A stretch of 64,000 bases of DNA from the NCBI GenBank assembly GCA_016178135.1, contig JACOTW010000002.1:13043-77042 (forward strand), in the 5' to 3' direction. The notes beneath the pieces were generated by a model. It was not told the origin of the DNA and did not search any database. It saw only the letters and a program-made list of their open reading frames with translations. Below are positions 8,928 through 19,686 of the stretch, piece after piece (the first letter of the stretch is position 1; every line of letters begins with the position of its first letter). Both the position numbers and the translations under genes were made by a program. This DNA is from Candidatus Saccharimonadota bacterium (GTDB lineage: Bacteria > Patescibacteriota > Saccharimonadia > Saccharimonadales > JACOTW01).

Positions 8928-10694
8928 ATGGATGCTGTTGAGGAGATTAAGTCGCGTCTAAGTATTGAGGACGTTGTTGGTGAATATGTACAGTTAAAAC
9001 GGGCTGGGCGTAATTTTAAGGGCTTAAGTCCTTTTTCGAACGAAAAGACTGCTAGTTTTATGGTGAGTCCAGAAAAGCAAATCTGGCATGATTTTTCGTC
9101 TGCCAAAGGCGGAAATATGTTTAGTTTTGTGATGGAAATGGAAGGGCTAGACTTCAAGGAAACGCTGGAGTTGTTAGCCCGCAAAGCGGGTGTGGATCTA
9201 AGCCAGTATCAAAACAATCGGACGAGCAGTAATATAAAAGTAAAAGAACGTTTGTATGAAGCGTTGGAACTTGCCGCTAAATTTTATCAAATACACTTTA
9301 GTAAAAATAAAACAGCTCTTGACTATGTGCTTAAAAAACGAGCTTTTAGTAAAGACACGGCTTTATTATTCAGGCTTGGTTATGCTCCGGCGGACGGTAG
9401 TGCATTAACGGACTTTTTAAAGAAAAAAGGTTTTAGCGATAAAGAACTTCAGCAAGCTGGTCTTGCGGTTCGAGGTTATGATGCTATTCGTGATATGTTT
9501 CGAGGGCGATTGATGATTCCACTCCAAGATCCTCAAGGACGAATTATAGGTTTTACTGCTCGTATTTTGAATGATGAGCCAAACGCTCCTAAATATATCA
9601 ATACACCCCAAACGCTGCTGTATGATAAAGGACGCCACGTCTACGGTCTGCATTTGGCCAAAGAAGCTATCCGGACTCATAAATACAGTGTTGTGGTGGA
9701 GGGTAATTTGGATGTTATTGCCAGCCATCAAGCTAAAGTAACTCAAGTTGTAGCAACGGCTGGAACGGCCGTAACACAGATGCATTTAAAGGCACTTAGT
9801 CGTTTTTCTAGTGATATTAGGCTGGCATTTGACCAGGATTCGGCAGGTCAAGCCGCGGCCGAAAGGGCTATCCCTATTGCTAGTAAGGTTGGCGCGTCCT
9901 TAAGTATTATTGATATTCCATCTGGTAAGGATCCAGATGAGCTTATCAAAAAAGATCCGAAACTATGGGAGGCTGCCATTGACAAGCGACAATATGCCCT
10001 TGATTGGTTGATTGATCGTTATGTGGGTCAGCTTGATCTGAAAAGTGCCACCGGTAAACGGCAATTCAGCGACATTTTAATAGATGTCGTGAAACAACTG
10101 GATGATAGTGTCGAACAAGACCATTATTTACGGCGCATCGCAGGTACAATAGATGTTAGCATTGAGGTTATTCGTAGTAAATTCAAGCAGAACAAAACTG
10201 CTCCCAGAATGCTAAAAAGACATAAGGTAATCCCGAAAAGTGTCGATGAACGCCAGCTGGAGGCTATCAAGGCGCAGAACCAGATATTATCCATAGTATT
10301 GAAATATCCTAACCTTAGATCATATTTGGAGCGGCTTAATGCCGATATGCTGATAGAAGATGATGCCAAGAGTCTTTTTGTATTTCTACAGAAACATCCC
10401 GAATTTGCCGGAAACCCAATTACCGTCAAGCAGTTGGAGCCGATAGCTGATTATGTTAAAATGTTAATATTACAATATGAGGCATTCTATCAGGGCGTCG
10501 AGGCGGCGGAACTTTCTTACGAAACCGCTCACTTGCAGCAACGACTGATTGAATTGTATGTAAAGAGCAAAAAACTGATATTGAGCGAAGAATTACGCGA
10601 TACTAATGAAGTTCGCACCCAAACATTATTAAAAGAAGTAAAAGAACTAGATCAATTACTTAAACGCGCAGGAGACAGCCATGCCCAGCAATAA
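8928..10694 (+). CDS. dnaG: DNA primase
   Basis: The N-terminal zinc-ribbon region reads [39 protein letters not shown] core ([11 protein letters not shown]...DQDSAGQAA) is present. 588 aa. Confidence 0.9.
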   Translation: MDAVEEIKSRLSIEDVVGEYVQLKRAGRNFKGLSPFSNEKTASFMVSPEKQIWHDFSSAKGGNMFSFVMEMEGLDFKETLELLARKAGVDLSQYQNNRTSSNIKVKERLYEALELAAKFYQIHFSKNKTALDYVLKKRAFSKDTALLFRLGYAPADGSALTDFLKKKGFSDKELQQAGLAVRGYDAIRDMFRGRLMIPLQDPQGRIIGFTARILNDEPNAPKYINTPQTLLYDKGRHVYGLHLAKEAIRTHKYSVVVEGNLDVIASHQAKVTQVVATAGTAVTQMHLKALSRFSSDIRLAFDQDSAGQAAAERAIPIASKVGASLSIIDIPSGKDPDELIKKDPKLWEAAIDKRQYALDWLIDRYVGQLDLKSATGKRQFSDILIDVVKQLDDSVEQDHYLRRIAGTIDVSIEVIRSKFKQNKTAPRMLKRHKVIPKSVDERQLEAIKAQNQILSIVLKYPNLRSYLERLNADMLIEDDAKSLFVFLQKHPEFAGNPITVKQLEPIADYVKMLILQYEAFYQGVEAAELSYETAHLQQRLIELYVKSKKLILSEELRDTNEVRTQTLLKEVKELDQLLKRAGDSHAQQ

Positions 10695-11817
10695 GAAAGT
10701 AAAACCGACCCAAAACACAGTTGACCCAGCTTTAGAAATAGCTAAAAAAGAGTTGATAGAAAAGGCCAAGAAAGATGGTCGGATTGACCAGCATGATATT
10801 TTTGCTGTCATACCAGACCTACCTGCCAATAGCGATATCCTAGATGCTATTTATGTCGAACTGGCTGATGCCGATATAGAATTAGTAAGCACCAACGAAC
10901 CTCCTGCTAAAGAACTTGGCGACGCATGGGTAGCCGAAGAGAGCGAGGAAGAAATTGTCCTTAATGATCAAGTCTATTTAGACGATATTGCTGATGATTC
11001 GGTACGTTTGTATTTGCGTGAAATTGGTAAAATTCCGTTGTTGACCGCTGAAGAAGAACTGGCTTTGGCTAAGCGTGTCGTAGCCGGAGATAAAAAAGCT
11101 AAAGCCCAGATGGCCGAAGCCAATATGCGTTTGGTAGTTTCTATTGCCAAGCGGTATGTGGGTCGCGGGCTTGATTTGCTTGATCTTGTTCAGGAAGGTA
11201 ACACGGGTCTTTTACGTGCAGTTGAAAAGTTCGATCCAGATAAGGGCTTTAAATTTTCAACCTATGCGACTTGGTGGATTCGTCAGGCTATTACTCGTGC
11301 GATCGCTGACCAAGCTCGAACTATTCGTATTCCTGTACACATGGTAGAGACGATTAATAAATTGTTACGCACTCAACGTCGTTTGACCCAAGAGCTTAAT
11401 CGTGAGCCATCCAATGAAGAAATTGCTGAAGCTATGGAAATTGAAGTTGAAAAAGTCGAACACATAATGAAGATCAAGCAAGATATTTCCAGTCTGGATG
11501 CTAGCGTTCGTGATGATGAAGAAGATTCAGTACTCGGCGACTTTATAGAAGATGAGGATACTGTTTCACCAGAAGAATCAGCCACCGGACAATTATTAAA
11601 AGAACATGTTAATGACATGCTTGGGGCGTTAACTGAACGGGAACAAAAAATTCTTCGACTGCGTTTTGGGCTAGAAGATGGCAAAAGCCACACACTGGAA
11701 GAGGTAGGGCAGGAATTTAGTGTTACGCGTGAACGTATACGTCAAATAGAGGCTAAAGCTCTCACTAAACTTCGCAAACACAAAGATGCCAAAAAACTGC
11801 ACGAATATATAAAATAA
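10681..11817 (+). CDS. rpoD: RNA polymerase primary sigma factor (sigma-70 family)
   Basis: Region 2 reads [41 protein letters not shown]. Region 4 reads [24 protein letters not shown]. Confidence 0.92.
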   Translation: MPSNKKVKPTQNTVDPALEIAKKELIEKAKKDGRIDQHDIFAVIPDLPANSDILDAIYVELADADIELVSTNEPPAKELGDAWVAEESEEEIVLNDQVYLDDIADDSVRLYLREIGKIPLLTAEEELALAKRVVAGDKKAKAQMAEANMRLVVSIAKRYVGRGLDLLDLVQEGNTGLLRAVEKFDPDKGFKFSTYATWWIRQAITRAIADQARTIRIPVHMVETINKLLRTQRRLTQELNREPSNEEIAEAMEIEVEKVEHIMKIKQDISSLDASVRDDEEDSVLGDFIEDEDTVSPEESATGQLLKEHVNDMLGALTEREQKILRLRFGLEDGKSHTLEEVGQEFSVTRERIRQIEAKALTKLRKHKDAKKLHEYIK

Positions 11818-11906
11818 TTTGCATAACAGATAGGAGTATGATAGTATTCCATGTAACGCTATCAATCTCTTCATATATTTTAAGTAATAAACCTAAAAGG
11901 AGCTAC

Positions 11907-12173
11907 ATGATTACAGCGGATAAGAAGCAGAAAATTATTGCTGACTTACAGAAAGACAAAAAAGACACTGGCTCAAGCGTGGTACAGGTTGGTATTTTGA
12001 CGGAAAGAATCAAAGAACTGACTGAACACCTCAAGGTCAACAAGAAGGATTTTATGACGCGTCGGGGGCTATTGCAGTCTGTTGGTAAACGCAAGCGTCA
12101 CTTAAAATATATTGCTGAAAAAGATAGCAAAACCTATTTAGAATTGATCAAGAAACTTGGCATCCGAAAGTAG
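11907..12173 (+). CDS. rpsO: 30S ribosomal protein S15
   Basis: 89 aa. GSSVVQVGILTERIKELTEHLKVNKKDFMTRRGLL is present, and an AAAAGGAG Shine-Dalgarno sits 6 nt upstream of the ATG at 11907. Confidence 0.9.
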   Translation: MITADKKQKIIADLQKDKKDTGSSVVQVGILTERIKELTEHLKVNKKDFMTRRGLLQSVGKRKRHLKYIAEKDSKTYLELIKKLGIRK

Positions 12174-12199
12174 AACCTTAATTTTAAGCATCAATTATC

Positions 12200-12259
12200 A
12201 TGTAGCAGAGATGTAACATGTGTCATGTAGCCAAAACAGCTACTTGTTACATGCTACAT
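12200..12259 (+). promoter_or_regulatory. Imperfect long hairpin in the rpsO-pnp intergenic region (candidate rpsO terminator or pnp leader processing hairpin)
   Basis: ATGTAGCA..TGTAACA...TGTTACA TGCTACAT arms with an inner GTAGC/GCTAC stem. The position matches the RNase III-processed pnp leader known from E. coli. Confidence 0.35.
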
Positions 12260-12380
12260 CTATGCAGCACTATACATGTGGCATTGGCGTAAGGATTATT
12301 AATAAACCGTGGGTGATGGAGCACAGCTTTCCCGAAAGTATTGGGATGGTTGAACCCTGTCACCTCAAGAAAGGACAGTA

Positions 12381-14525
12381 ATGTCAACAATAAACCCGTT
12401 CGGTAAAGAAATTATAAAAGTAGAAACAGATTTTTGCGGACGCAAATTATCGCTAGAAGTAGGCCGCGTGGGCTTTCGTTCAACCGCTTCGGTTATTGCT
12501 CGTTACGGTGAGACCGTCGTACTGGGAACAGCTATGGTTAATAATCAGCCGGCATCTGGTTTTGATTACTTTCCGTTATCTATTGACTATGAAGAGCGAT
12601 TTTATGCGGCTGGTAAGATTAGTGGTAGCCGTTTTGTTAAGCGTGAAGGTCGTCCTAGCGATGATGCGATCTTGATAGGTCGATTGATTGACCGACCCAT
12701 TCGTCCACTATGGCCAAAAGGCTACAAATATGAAGCCCAGGGAGTGGCAACCGTTTTGAGTATGGATCCAGAATTTCGTCCGGATATGATTGCTATGATT
12801 GCTATGAGTGCTGCTTTTATGCTGACGGGTGCGCCGTTTGATGGGCCGATTGCTGGTGTTCGTGTTGGTCTAGTGGATGGTAAGCCAAAGGCCTTTGCTA
12901 CTCCAGATGAACTTAATAATGGCGATCTAGATCTTGTTGTTGCCGGAACTAAAGAAGCTATTATGATGGTTGAGGCGGGAGCGAATGAAGTTACCGAGGA
13001 TCAAGTCGCCGAATCTCTAGAATTTGCCCACAAAGCTATTCAGCCGGCCATTGCCTTACAGCAAGAGCTTATTAAAAAAGTTGGTGTTACACCCCAGGAA
13101 TATGAGCTTTTAATGCCCGATGAGGATGTTCAAAAGCGCGTGGATACCTGGGTTGCTGGAAAATTAGGCACTGGTTTGAGGTCTCCATATCCAGAACGTA
13201 ATGATCTTGTCAAAAAAGTTCGCGAGGACATGTATGCACATTTTGAAAACGAGCTTGGTGAAAACTTCAAAGAATTAAAAACAGAATATGATGATGCCTT
13301 TACTATGGCGCTTCATAAAGATGTGCGCGAAGGAATCGTGCGGGAACAAGTTCGTCCAGATGGCAGGGCTTTGACTGAAATTCGTCCGCTTTCCAGTGAA
13401 GTTGGTATTTTGCCTCGAGCGCACGGGTCAAGTTTGTTCACCAGAGGCATGACCCAAGGTATGAATATTGTTACTCTAGCACCGCTTAGCTATGCTCAAA
13501 TGTTGGATACGATGGAGCACAATAGCAGCGAAAAGCGTTTCATGCATCACTACAATGCCCCTGGATATACGGTTGGAGAGATTAAACGTTTAGGATCGCC
13601 GGGTCGCCGTGAAATAGGCCACAGTGCTTTAGCGGAACGTGCCCTTCTGCCGGTTATTCCGGATGAAGTAACTTTTCCTTATGCTATTCGTTCAGTAACT
13701 GAAATCATGAGTCAGAACGGCAGTACTTCTATGGCTGCGACTTGTTCCAGCTGTTTGGCGCTCATGGATGCTGGCGTTCCACTCAAGAGTCCGGTTAGTG
13801 GAATCGCTATGGGTTTGATGTTGGATGGCGATAACGCTTATATTATGAGTGATATTGCCGATGCCGAGGATTTTGCCGGCGATATGGACTTCAAGGTTAC
13901 GGGTACTACTAAAGGCATAACGGCCCTACAAATGGATATGAAAGTCCACGGATTGGGGGCAGATATTCTTAAGCAAGCCTTGATGCAGAGTAAAGATGGG
14001 CGGGCTCAAATCTTGAAACACATGCTAACTATATTGCCTGAACCGCGCAAAGAAATGAGTCCTTATGCGCCACGAGTTGAATCTATCAAGATAAATCCGG
14101 ATAAAATTCGCGAAATTATTGGTAAGGGCGGTGAAACGATTCAGAAGATCACAGCCGAAACGGGTACAGAAATTGACATTAAAGATGACGGTATTGTCAT
14201 GATAGCCAGCCCCGATAAAGCCAAAATTGACGCGGCAATCCAGTGGATCAAAACTATTACTGAAGATCCAGAGATTGGTCAGATTTACACTGATCGGCCG
14301 GTAGTAAGTGTTATGGATTTTGGTGTGTTTGTGCAGATTATGCCAGGTAAAGATGGCTTGGTGCACGTTAGCGAAATGTCCGAGGAGCGTGTTGAGCGCC
14401 CTAGTGATGTAGTCAAAGAAGGTGATAGAGTTACCGTTAAACTTATAGCCATAGATGATCGCGGACGACTGCAATTGAGCATGAAAGCAGCAGCCCGGGA
14501 ATTAAAAGATTCAACCAAGGAGTAA
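12381..14525 (+). CDS. pnp: polyribonucleotide nucleotidyltransferase (PNPase)
   Basis: 714 aa with two RNase PH domains, a KH domain (IREIIGKGGETIQKI) and a C-terminal S1 domain (FGVFVQIMPGKDGLVHVSE). Confidence 0.93.
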   Translation: MSTINPFGKEIIKVETDFCGRKLSLEVGRVGFRSTASVIARYGETVVLGTAMVNNQPASGFDYFPLSIDYEERFYAAGKISGSRFVKREGRPSDDAILIGRLIDRPIRPLWPKGYKYEAQGVATVLSMDPEFRPDMIAMIAMSAAFMLTGAPFDGPIAGVRVGLVDGKPKAFATPDELNNGDLDLVVAGTKEAIMMVEAGANEVTEDQVAESLEFAHKAIQPAIALQQELIKKVGVTPQEYELLMPDEDVQKRVDTWVAGKLGTGLRSPYPERNDLVKKVREDMYAHFENELGENFKELKTEYDDAFTMALHKDVREGIVREQVRPDGRALTEIRPLSSEVGILPRAHGSSLFTRGMTQGMNIVTLAPLSYAQMLDTMEHNSSEKRFMHHYNAPGYTVGEIKRLGSPGRREIGHSALAERALLPVIPDEVTFPYAIRSVTEIMSQNGSTSMAATCSSCLALMDAGVPLKSPVSGIAMGLMLDGDNAYIMSDIADAEDFAGDMDFKVTGTTKGITALQMDMKVHGLGADILKQALMQSKDGRAQILKHMLTILPEPRKEMSPYAPRVESIKINPDKIREIIGKGGETIQKITAETGTEIDIKDDGIVMIASPDKAKIDAAIQWIKTITEDPEIGQIYTDRPVVSVMDFGVFVQIMPGKDGLVHVSEMSEERVERPSDVVKEGDRVTVKLIAIDDRGRLQLSMKAAARELKDSTKE

Positions 14526-14530
14526 AAACA

Positions 14531-14740
14531 TTGAAACAAGCCAAGGATTTTCTTAGCTGGAAGCTAACTCGAACGGGGTTGCTGATAAGTGGCACTATTG
14601 AGTTAATTTTAGCTTATATATTTGGGTCTCGGGCGCTTGATACTGGTAGCTACTGGCACTATCTTGGCGCGCTAGTGTTCTTTATAGGGACTATTAAATC
14701 ATACGTTCAAGCATTGAAAATAACTCATGGCAAAAACTAA
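14531..14740 (+). CDS. hypothetical small two-TM membrane protein
   Basis: 69 aa with a TTG start 5 nt after the pnp stop and an AAGGAG upstream. It overlaps the next gene by 14 nt. Confidence 0.4.
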   Translation: MKQAKDFLSWKLTRTGLLISGTIELILAYIFGSRALDTGSYWHYLGALVFFIGTIKSYVQALKITHGKN

Positions 14741-15293
14741 CCAACAACAATTAGACGAGATCGAGGCAAGAATCATTAAAGATGAGGTCTGCATAGACTT
14801 GGCCAGACAAGCTACGCAACTTGTTTTTGGTAACGGCAACCCAAACGCCAGTATTGTATTTGTAGGTGAAGCACCAGGTAAGAACGAGGATCTGAAAGGC
14901 GTACCATTTGTGGGGGCAGCCGGTAAGTTCCTAGACGAAATGCTAACCATGATAAATATGAAGAGAACAGATGTATATATTACCAATATAGTCAAATATC
15001 GCCCACCCAATAATCGCGATCCTTTACCAGAGGAGAAAACAGCCTTTTTGCCTTATTTACAGTCCCAGCTGGACGTAATTCAACCGAAGATTGTCGCCAC
15101 TCTAGGACGACACAGCATGAATTGCTTCCTGCCGGATCTACAAATATCTGCGGTACATGGCCAGCCCAAACGTTATCAGGGAAGGGTATTTTTACCGCTG
15201 TTTCACCCAGCCGCAGCCCTATATAATGGCAACATGAAACAGATAATTATAGATGATTTTGTTAAGATTCCAACAATATTAGAAAAAATTTAA
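14727..15293 (+). CDS. uracil-DNA glycosylase, family 4
   Basis: IVFVGEAPGKNEDLKGVPFVGAAGKFLD is the family 4 motif A, and HPAAALYN is motif B. Confidence 0.85.
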   Translation: MAKTNQQQLDEIEARIIKDEVCIDLARQATQLVFGNGNPNASIVFVGEAPGKNEDLKGVPFVGAAGKFLDEMLTMINMKRTDVYITNIVKYRPPNNRDPLPEEKTAFLPYLQSQLDVIQPKIVATLGRHSMNCFLPDLQISAVHGQPKRYQGRVFLPLFHPAAALYNGNMKQIIIDDFVKIPTILEKI

Positions 15294-15321
15294 TTCTTGA
15301 AATTTCAATAGAAAGGAAATT

Positions 15322-17340
15322 ATGAATCCAAAAAAGAACACACAAGACAAGTCCCACAATAATATTAAGCAAGTTTCTGGGCCGGTGCGTTCCACAAGTC
15401 GTGGCGCGGCCATTCGCGCTCAAAAACGCTCTCAAGATGATGCGCATCGTATTGCCAGCGAGCACAAAGATGCTGAAACCAATCAGCTAACCAAACGCGC
15501 CAATATAGTGGTAGAGGATTTTGATAAACTCCGAATCTCATTTTTGGGTGGTCTCTTTGACGTTGGCGAAAAAAATATGGCAGTTATCGAATATAAAAAT
15601 GATGCTATTATCCTGGATTGCGGTAATAATTTGGGTGTTGATTTGCCAGGGATAAATTATGCCATAGCTGATCCTTCGTACCTGGCATCGATCAAACATA
15701 AGATTAAAGGCTACATTATTACTCATGGTCATTTGGATCATATCGGTGGACTTAAACATATCGTTCCGCGCTACCCCGCGCCAATATATGGCTCGCGCTA
15801 CACTATTGGTATTGTAGGGCGTACGTTTGAGGAAGAGCTGCCTGGTAGTGACGGTTCGTTTGAGCTCAAAACCGTAATTATGAATATAGATAATCATGAA
15901 CGCTTGAAGATAGGTGATTTTATAGTGGAGCTTGTACGTGTTACTCATTCTATTCCTGATGCTAGTACGGCGGTAATTGAAACACCAGTTGGACGAATTG
16001 TGGCGACTGGCGATTTTAGACTTGACCCTGAACCACTTGATGATAAGCCTAGCGATACGGCGCGCCTGAAACAGCTTGGCGATCAAGGTGTTTTGGTTTT
16101 GTTAAGCGATAGTAGCTACGCGGACGTAGAAGGGCGTACTCCCACCGAACACACCTTGCAGCAGAGTTTTCACGACGTAATCGCTCAATCCCAAGGACGG
16201 ATTTTCGTGGCGTCTTTCTCCAGTAATATGAATCGTATTCAAATGGTCATCAATGCTGCGGTAAACGCCGGACGTAAAGTAGCTCTAGACGGTCGCAGTA
16301 TGATGGGTTACGCCGAAGTTGCCGTTCGGCAAGGTATTTTGAAAGTTCCCAAAGGGATGATTATGGCTATGCGGGATGCCACTGGTATTCCTGACGACAA
16401 GTTACTAGTTATGTGTACGGGTGGCCAAGGCGAGCCTAATGCCGCCTTGCAACGTATGAGCGAGGGTGATCATAAATATATAAAACTCAAGCCTGGCGAT
16501 ACCGTGGTGGTGAGTTCGTCGCCGATTCCTGGCAATGAAGTTCGCTATGATATGATTGGCAATAATTTGGCAAAATTAGGTGTGCATCTATTTCGTCATC
16601 CAACTCATGAGCTAGACGGTTGCGGGCCATTGCATGTATCTGGTCATGGACGCAGGGATGAACTGCGTGAAATGTTGCATTTGGTACGACCCAAGTTTTT
16701 CATTCCGGTTCATGCTGGCACCTTACGTCGCAGATATCACGGTGAGTTGGCTATTCAAGAAGGCTGGAAACGAGGTAATGTATTGTTGCCTGAAAATGGC
16801 GATAGCCTACTGTTTACGGATAATACTTGTGAAAATGCTGGGCAAATTCCGCACGGAAGTCTGTTGGTAGACCAAACTGGAGCTGTAGTAAATAACGTAG
16901 TCATCAAAGATCGAGTTATGCTATCCCAAGAAGGCTTAGTCGCCGTAGTGCTTACGGTTGATAAAAAGAACGGTAATTTGTTAACCAGCCCAGATATCAT
17001 TAGCCGAGGTTTCATATATATGCGTGATAATGAAGACATTATGAACGGCTTGCGTCAAGAATTGCGTCGTGCTTCTTCGCAACGGTTTAAGCGTATTGAT
17101 CTGGATCGTTTCAAGCAAGAGATCAAAGAACATGTAACTCACTATCTGTTCGATCAAACTGGTCGCAGTCCAATAGTTATTCCGGTGGTAAATATTATTG
17201 GCGGTAAGGGTGAGCCGAAATCGGCCACCAGTAATGGTACCGTCGTCAGTAAAACGTCCGAAGAAATAGCAACAGAACAGCAAAAGCGTTTCCAGGAATT
17301 ACGAGAACGTCTGTTGTCACAAGACGTCCGCACAGACTAG
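15322..17340 (+). CDS. rnj: ribonuclease J
   Basis: The metallo-beta-lactamase HGHLDHIGG motif, a beta-CASP region and a C-terminal domain are present. 672 aa with a basic N-terminal extension. Confidence 0.88.
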   Translation: MNPKKNTQDKSHNNIKQVSGPVRSTSRGAAIRAQKRSQDDAHRIASEHKDAETNQLTKRANIVVEDFDKLRISFLGGLFDVGEKNMAVIEYKNDAIILDCGNNLGVDLPGINYAIADPSYLASIKHKIKGYIITHGHLDHIGGLKHIVPRYPAPIYGSRYTIGIVGRTFEEELPGSDGSFELKTVIMNIDNHERLKIGDFIVELVRVTHSIPDASTAVIETPVGRIVATGDFRLDPEPLDDKPSDTARLKQLGDQGVLVLLSDSSYADVEGRTPTEHTLQQSFHDVIAQSQGRIFVASFSSNMNRIQMVINAAVNAGRKVALDGRSMMGYAEVAVRQGILKVPKGMIMAMRDATGIPDDKLLVMCTGGQGEPNAALQRMSEGDHKYIKLKPGDTVVVSSSPIPGNEVRYDMIGNNLAKLGVHLFRHPTHELDGCGPLHVSGHGRRDELREMLHLVRPKFFIPVHAGTLRRRYHGELAIQEGWKRGNVLLPENGDSLLFTDNTCENAGQIPHGSLLVDQTGAVVNNVVIKDRVMLSQEGLVAVVLTVDKKNGNLLTSPDIISRGFIYMRDNEDIMNGLRQELRRASSQRFKRIDLDRFKQEIKEHVTHYLFDQTGRSPIVIPVVNIIGGKGEPKSATSNGTVVSKTSEEIATEQQKRFQELRERLLSQDVRTD

Positions 17341-17506
17341 ACTTTTCCTGTAAGCTTGACTGCTCCCAAGTTGCATATGCCGATTTCGTAACACCGTCAT
17401 ATCCAGTTAACCCCACATACAAATCAAATGGCAGTGTAAAATTAGCGGATGGCAGTATGGTGTTGCTCCCGAACGACTTTAGACTCCTCTCCAGCCATGA
17501 ATTTGT

Positions 17507-17540
17507 TCTATAGAGGACAGTCCACTATAGTCCTCTAGAA
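17507..17540. terminator. Hairpin between convergent rnj and glycosyltransferase genes
   Basis: TAGAGGAC-11 nt-GTCCTCTA is an 8-bp stem. It shares the CTATAGAGGAC motif with 18247 and 18895. Confidence 0.3.
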
Positions 17541-18200
17541 TCCCATCTCTATTCGTGCGTATGTCAAGTAGGATGCGCTATAGGTTTTTGCATATTCCGA
17601 AAGTGCTTTGTGCAAGCTATCGCTTTTTTCACGCTTGCCCACGTGCGATACTCCTTCAAGTGCAACCCTGGCAATCGTGCGATGCAGGCCATGCTTGCGT
17701 ACTCGAGCGTTCAAAGCTGCTTCAATATTCCAACCATGCTTATCCTTTTCACTTAAAAAATCCCATACTTCTGTTCTGATAGCTCGTTGCCCACTCAAAG
17801 CACCCCATCTATCCAAAACCACCTTCTTAACAACTGTCTTACGCAGCCCGAGATAGCCAATGCTCATCCATGAACCGTACTCAAGTGGCTCAAGAAGCTG
17901 ATTTATATGACCTGGGTCAATGCCAAGTAAATCAGCGTCTAAAAAAACAGCACTGTTACAACCAACACCTCGCGCATATTGCATGCCAGTGTCCAGCGCT
18001 TCTCCCTTGCCACGGTTCGTAGTATGAGTAAGCACTTTTATGCCATCCTGAGAGGCCAACAAATCAGCAGTACCATCTGTCGAGCCGTCATCCACAACAA
18101 TCACCTCGCCAACGCCCACCGCCCCACAGGCGGCCTCAATAACTGGGAGGACACGCTCACCTTCGTTAAAGTCTGGGATAATTACCGCCACTTTCATCAC
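17535..18200 (-). CDS. family 2 glycosyltransferase
   Basis: VAVIIPDFNEGERV...VIVVDDGSTDGT...FLDADL is the GT-A DxD layout. Confidence 0.75.
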   Translation of the reverse strand: MMKVAVIIPDFNEGERVLPVIEAACGAVGVGEVIVVDDGSTDGTADLLASQDGIKVLTHTTNRGKGEALDTGMQYARGVGCNSAVFLDADLLGIDPGHINQLLEPLEYGSWMSIGYLGLRKTVVKKVVLDRWGALSGQRAIRTEVWDFLSEKDKHGWNIEAALNARVRKHGLHRTIARVALEGVSHVGKREKSDSLHKALSEYAKTYSASYLTYARIEMGF

Positions 18201-18326
18201 ACAATTCTATCAGTTATCACATACATATTCAGCTACCAGCCATCAGCCTATAGAGGACGGACTGCTAGGACCACAAGAAAACTGCGCTGAAACCCACACG
18301 CCAGTCACTATTTATGCCACCGTGTA

Positions 18327-18746
18327 CTAGTTATATTTTTCTTGCATTGCTGCGTGGGATTTTTTGATGATTTTTTCTAAAACAACCAGATTGACATCAG
18401 CCAGCTTATTAATATACAGACAGCTTACGCTTGTTTTATGTTTGCCTAAAGTCTTTAGTAAATCGCTATAATCCGCAAACCCAGGCATGATATAAATCGT
18501 CAAGTTTTGTTTGCGTGGAGAAAAGCCTGTCAGCGGCCAATCGCCTTCTTGTTTGCTTCTTTCGGATTTGTAATGGTACTGTCCGAACCCAATTATGCTG
18601 GTACCCCACATCTTGGGCTTTTCCCCTGTGATTTTTGAGAACATCGCCAGCAAAGTAAAACTGTCAGTTCTTTTTACTTCATCTGGCACTTTGTTTATAA
18701 AATCTTCTACGCTAGCGTCATTGGCAAGTGTTTTGAGCGTGCTCAT
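18327..18746 (-). CDS. DUF1801 (YdhG-like) domain protein
   Basis: VEDFINKVPDEVKRTDSFTLLAMFSKITGEKPKMWGTSIIGFGQYHYK resembles the DUF1801 family. The ATG at 18746 is preferred over the TTG at 18764. Confidence 0.6.
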   Translation of the reverse strand: MSTLKTLANDASVEDFINKVPDEVKRTDSFTLLAMFSKITGEKPKMWGTSIIGFGQYHYKSERSKQEGDWPLTGFSPRKQNLTIYIMPGFADYSDLLKTLGKHKTSVSCLYINKLADVNLVVLEKIIKKSHAAMQEKYN

Positions 18747-19015
18747 AATTATGTATTCTAGCAAACTCTATCTGGAATTAAACTTTTCCTGAGTGCATCC
18801 ACATCAAATTTACTTCTTTCAGAATAGTTCGAATCCCTTCTGCCCACAAATCGTTTCAAAATGCCCAAACCGCATTCTTAGCCATATAAAAACACCTATA
18901 GAGGACGGACTCCTAGAATATACTGGACTTATTGCTTCTGGGGTGGAAGATAGGCAGACTATTTCGATCAATTTTGATGGTAAAAATCACAGAACAGGGG
19001 TAGAATAGTCGTAAT

Positions 19016-19660
19016 ATGGTGAAGATTCACAAATTAGATAAGCAGGATCGCCCTAGAGAAAAATTAATTTCAAACGGTGAAAAAAATTTATCTGATATTG
19101 AGTTACTTCAAATAATCATCGGTAGTGGCGTGCAGGGTGCGGACGTTACTAAAATATCCAGGCAGATAAAAAAGTTATTGGATTTCACTAGTTATAAACC
19201 TACTCTTTCACAATTGTCTGAAATCAAGGGCGTTAGCGACGCCACTGCAACTAAGTTGGTTGCACTTTTTGAGCTTGCAGGCCGCAATAATATTACTGAT
19301 ATTACTGTCAGGACTCCCGAGGATATAGTCGCTCAGGTTCCAGAGCTAAGAACGGCTAAACAAGAACATTTGGTTGTACTCACTCTGGACGGCGCAAATA
19401 GACTTATTGAGAAGCGGATAATTAGTATTGGAACACTTAATTCAAGCTTAGTTCACCCGCGCGAAGTTTTTGCTGACGCGATAACAGACCGTGCGGCAAG
19501 CATTATAGTAATACACAATCATCCAAGCGGAACATTAGAACCCAGCGATGCCGACACTGAAATTACCAAAAGACTGCAACAATCAGGTAAATTACTAGGA
19601 ATAAACCTACTAGATCATATTGTTATAACTAAAAATGATTATACATCGATATTGCAATAA
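19016..19660 (+). CDS. radC: RadC-like JAB/MPN domain protein
   Basis: The C-terminal JAMM motif reads IIVIHNHPSGTLEPSDADTEITKRL, and an N-terminal helix-hairpin-helix-like region (LSDIELLQIIIGSG) is present. Confidence 0.85.
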   Translation: MVKIHKLDKQDRPREKLISNGEKNLSDIELLQIIIGSGVQGADVTKISRQIKKLLDFTSYKPTLSQLSEIKGVSDATATKLVALFELAGRNNITDITVRTPEDIVAQVPELRTAKQEHLVVLTLDGANRLIEKRIISIGTLNSSLVHPREVFADAITDRAASIIVIHNHPSGTLEPSDADTEITKRLQQSGKLLGINLLDHIVITKNDYTSILQ

Positions 19661-19686
19661 TTGTAGTACAAGTTTACAATTATTGT

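Noticed and set aside
8789-9184. N-terminal 132 codons of the 332-aa minus-strand ORF 8186..9184.
   Set aside because: This part runs through type B copy 2 and then antisense to the well-supported dnaG start. A good internal start (MLMPPNQ...) followed by a TM helix explains the real gene.
15538-16086. 182-aa minus-strand ORF inside rnj. The same applies to similar antisense ORFs, such as 43978..44625 in pilM, 26007..26450 in hsdR and 30264..30662 in ftsK.
   Set aside because: They lie entirely within confidently assigned sense-strand genes and have low-complexity or odd composition. They are typical shadow ORFs.
18793-19008. 71-aa ORF upstream of radC.
   Set aside because: It has a non-ATG start, spans repeat fragments (CTATAGAGGACGGACT and a truncated type B end) and belongs to no recognisable family. 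It is probably intergenic.
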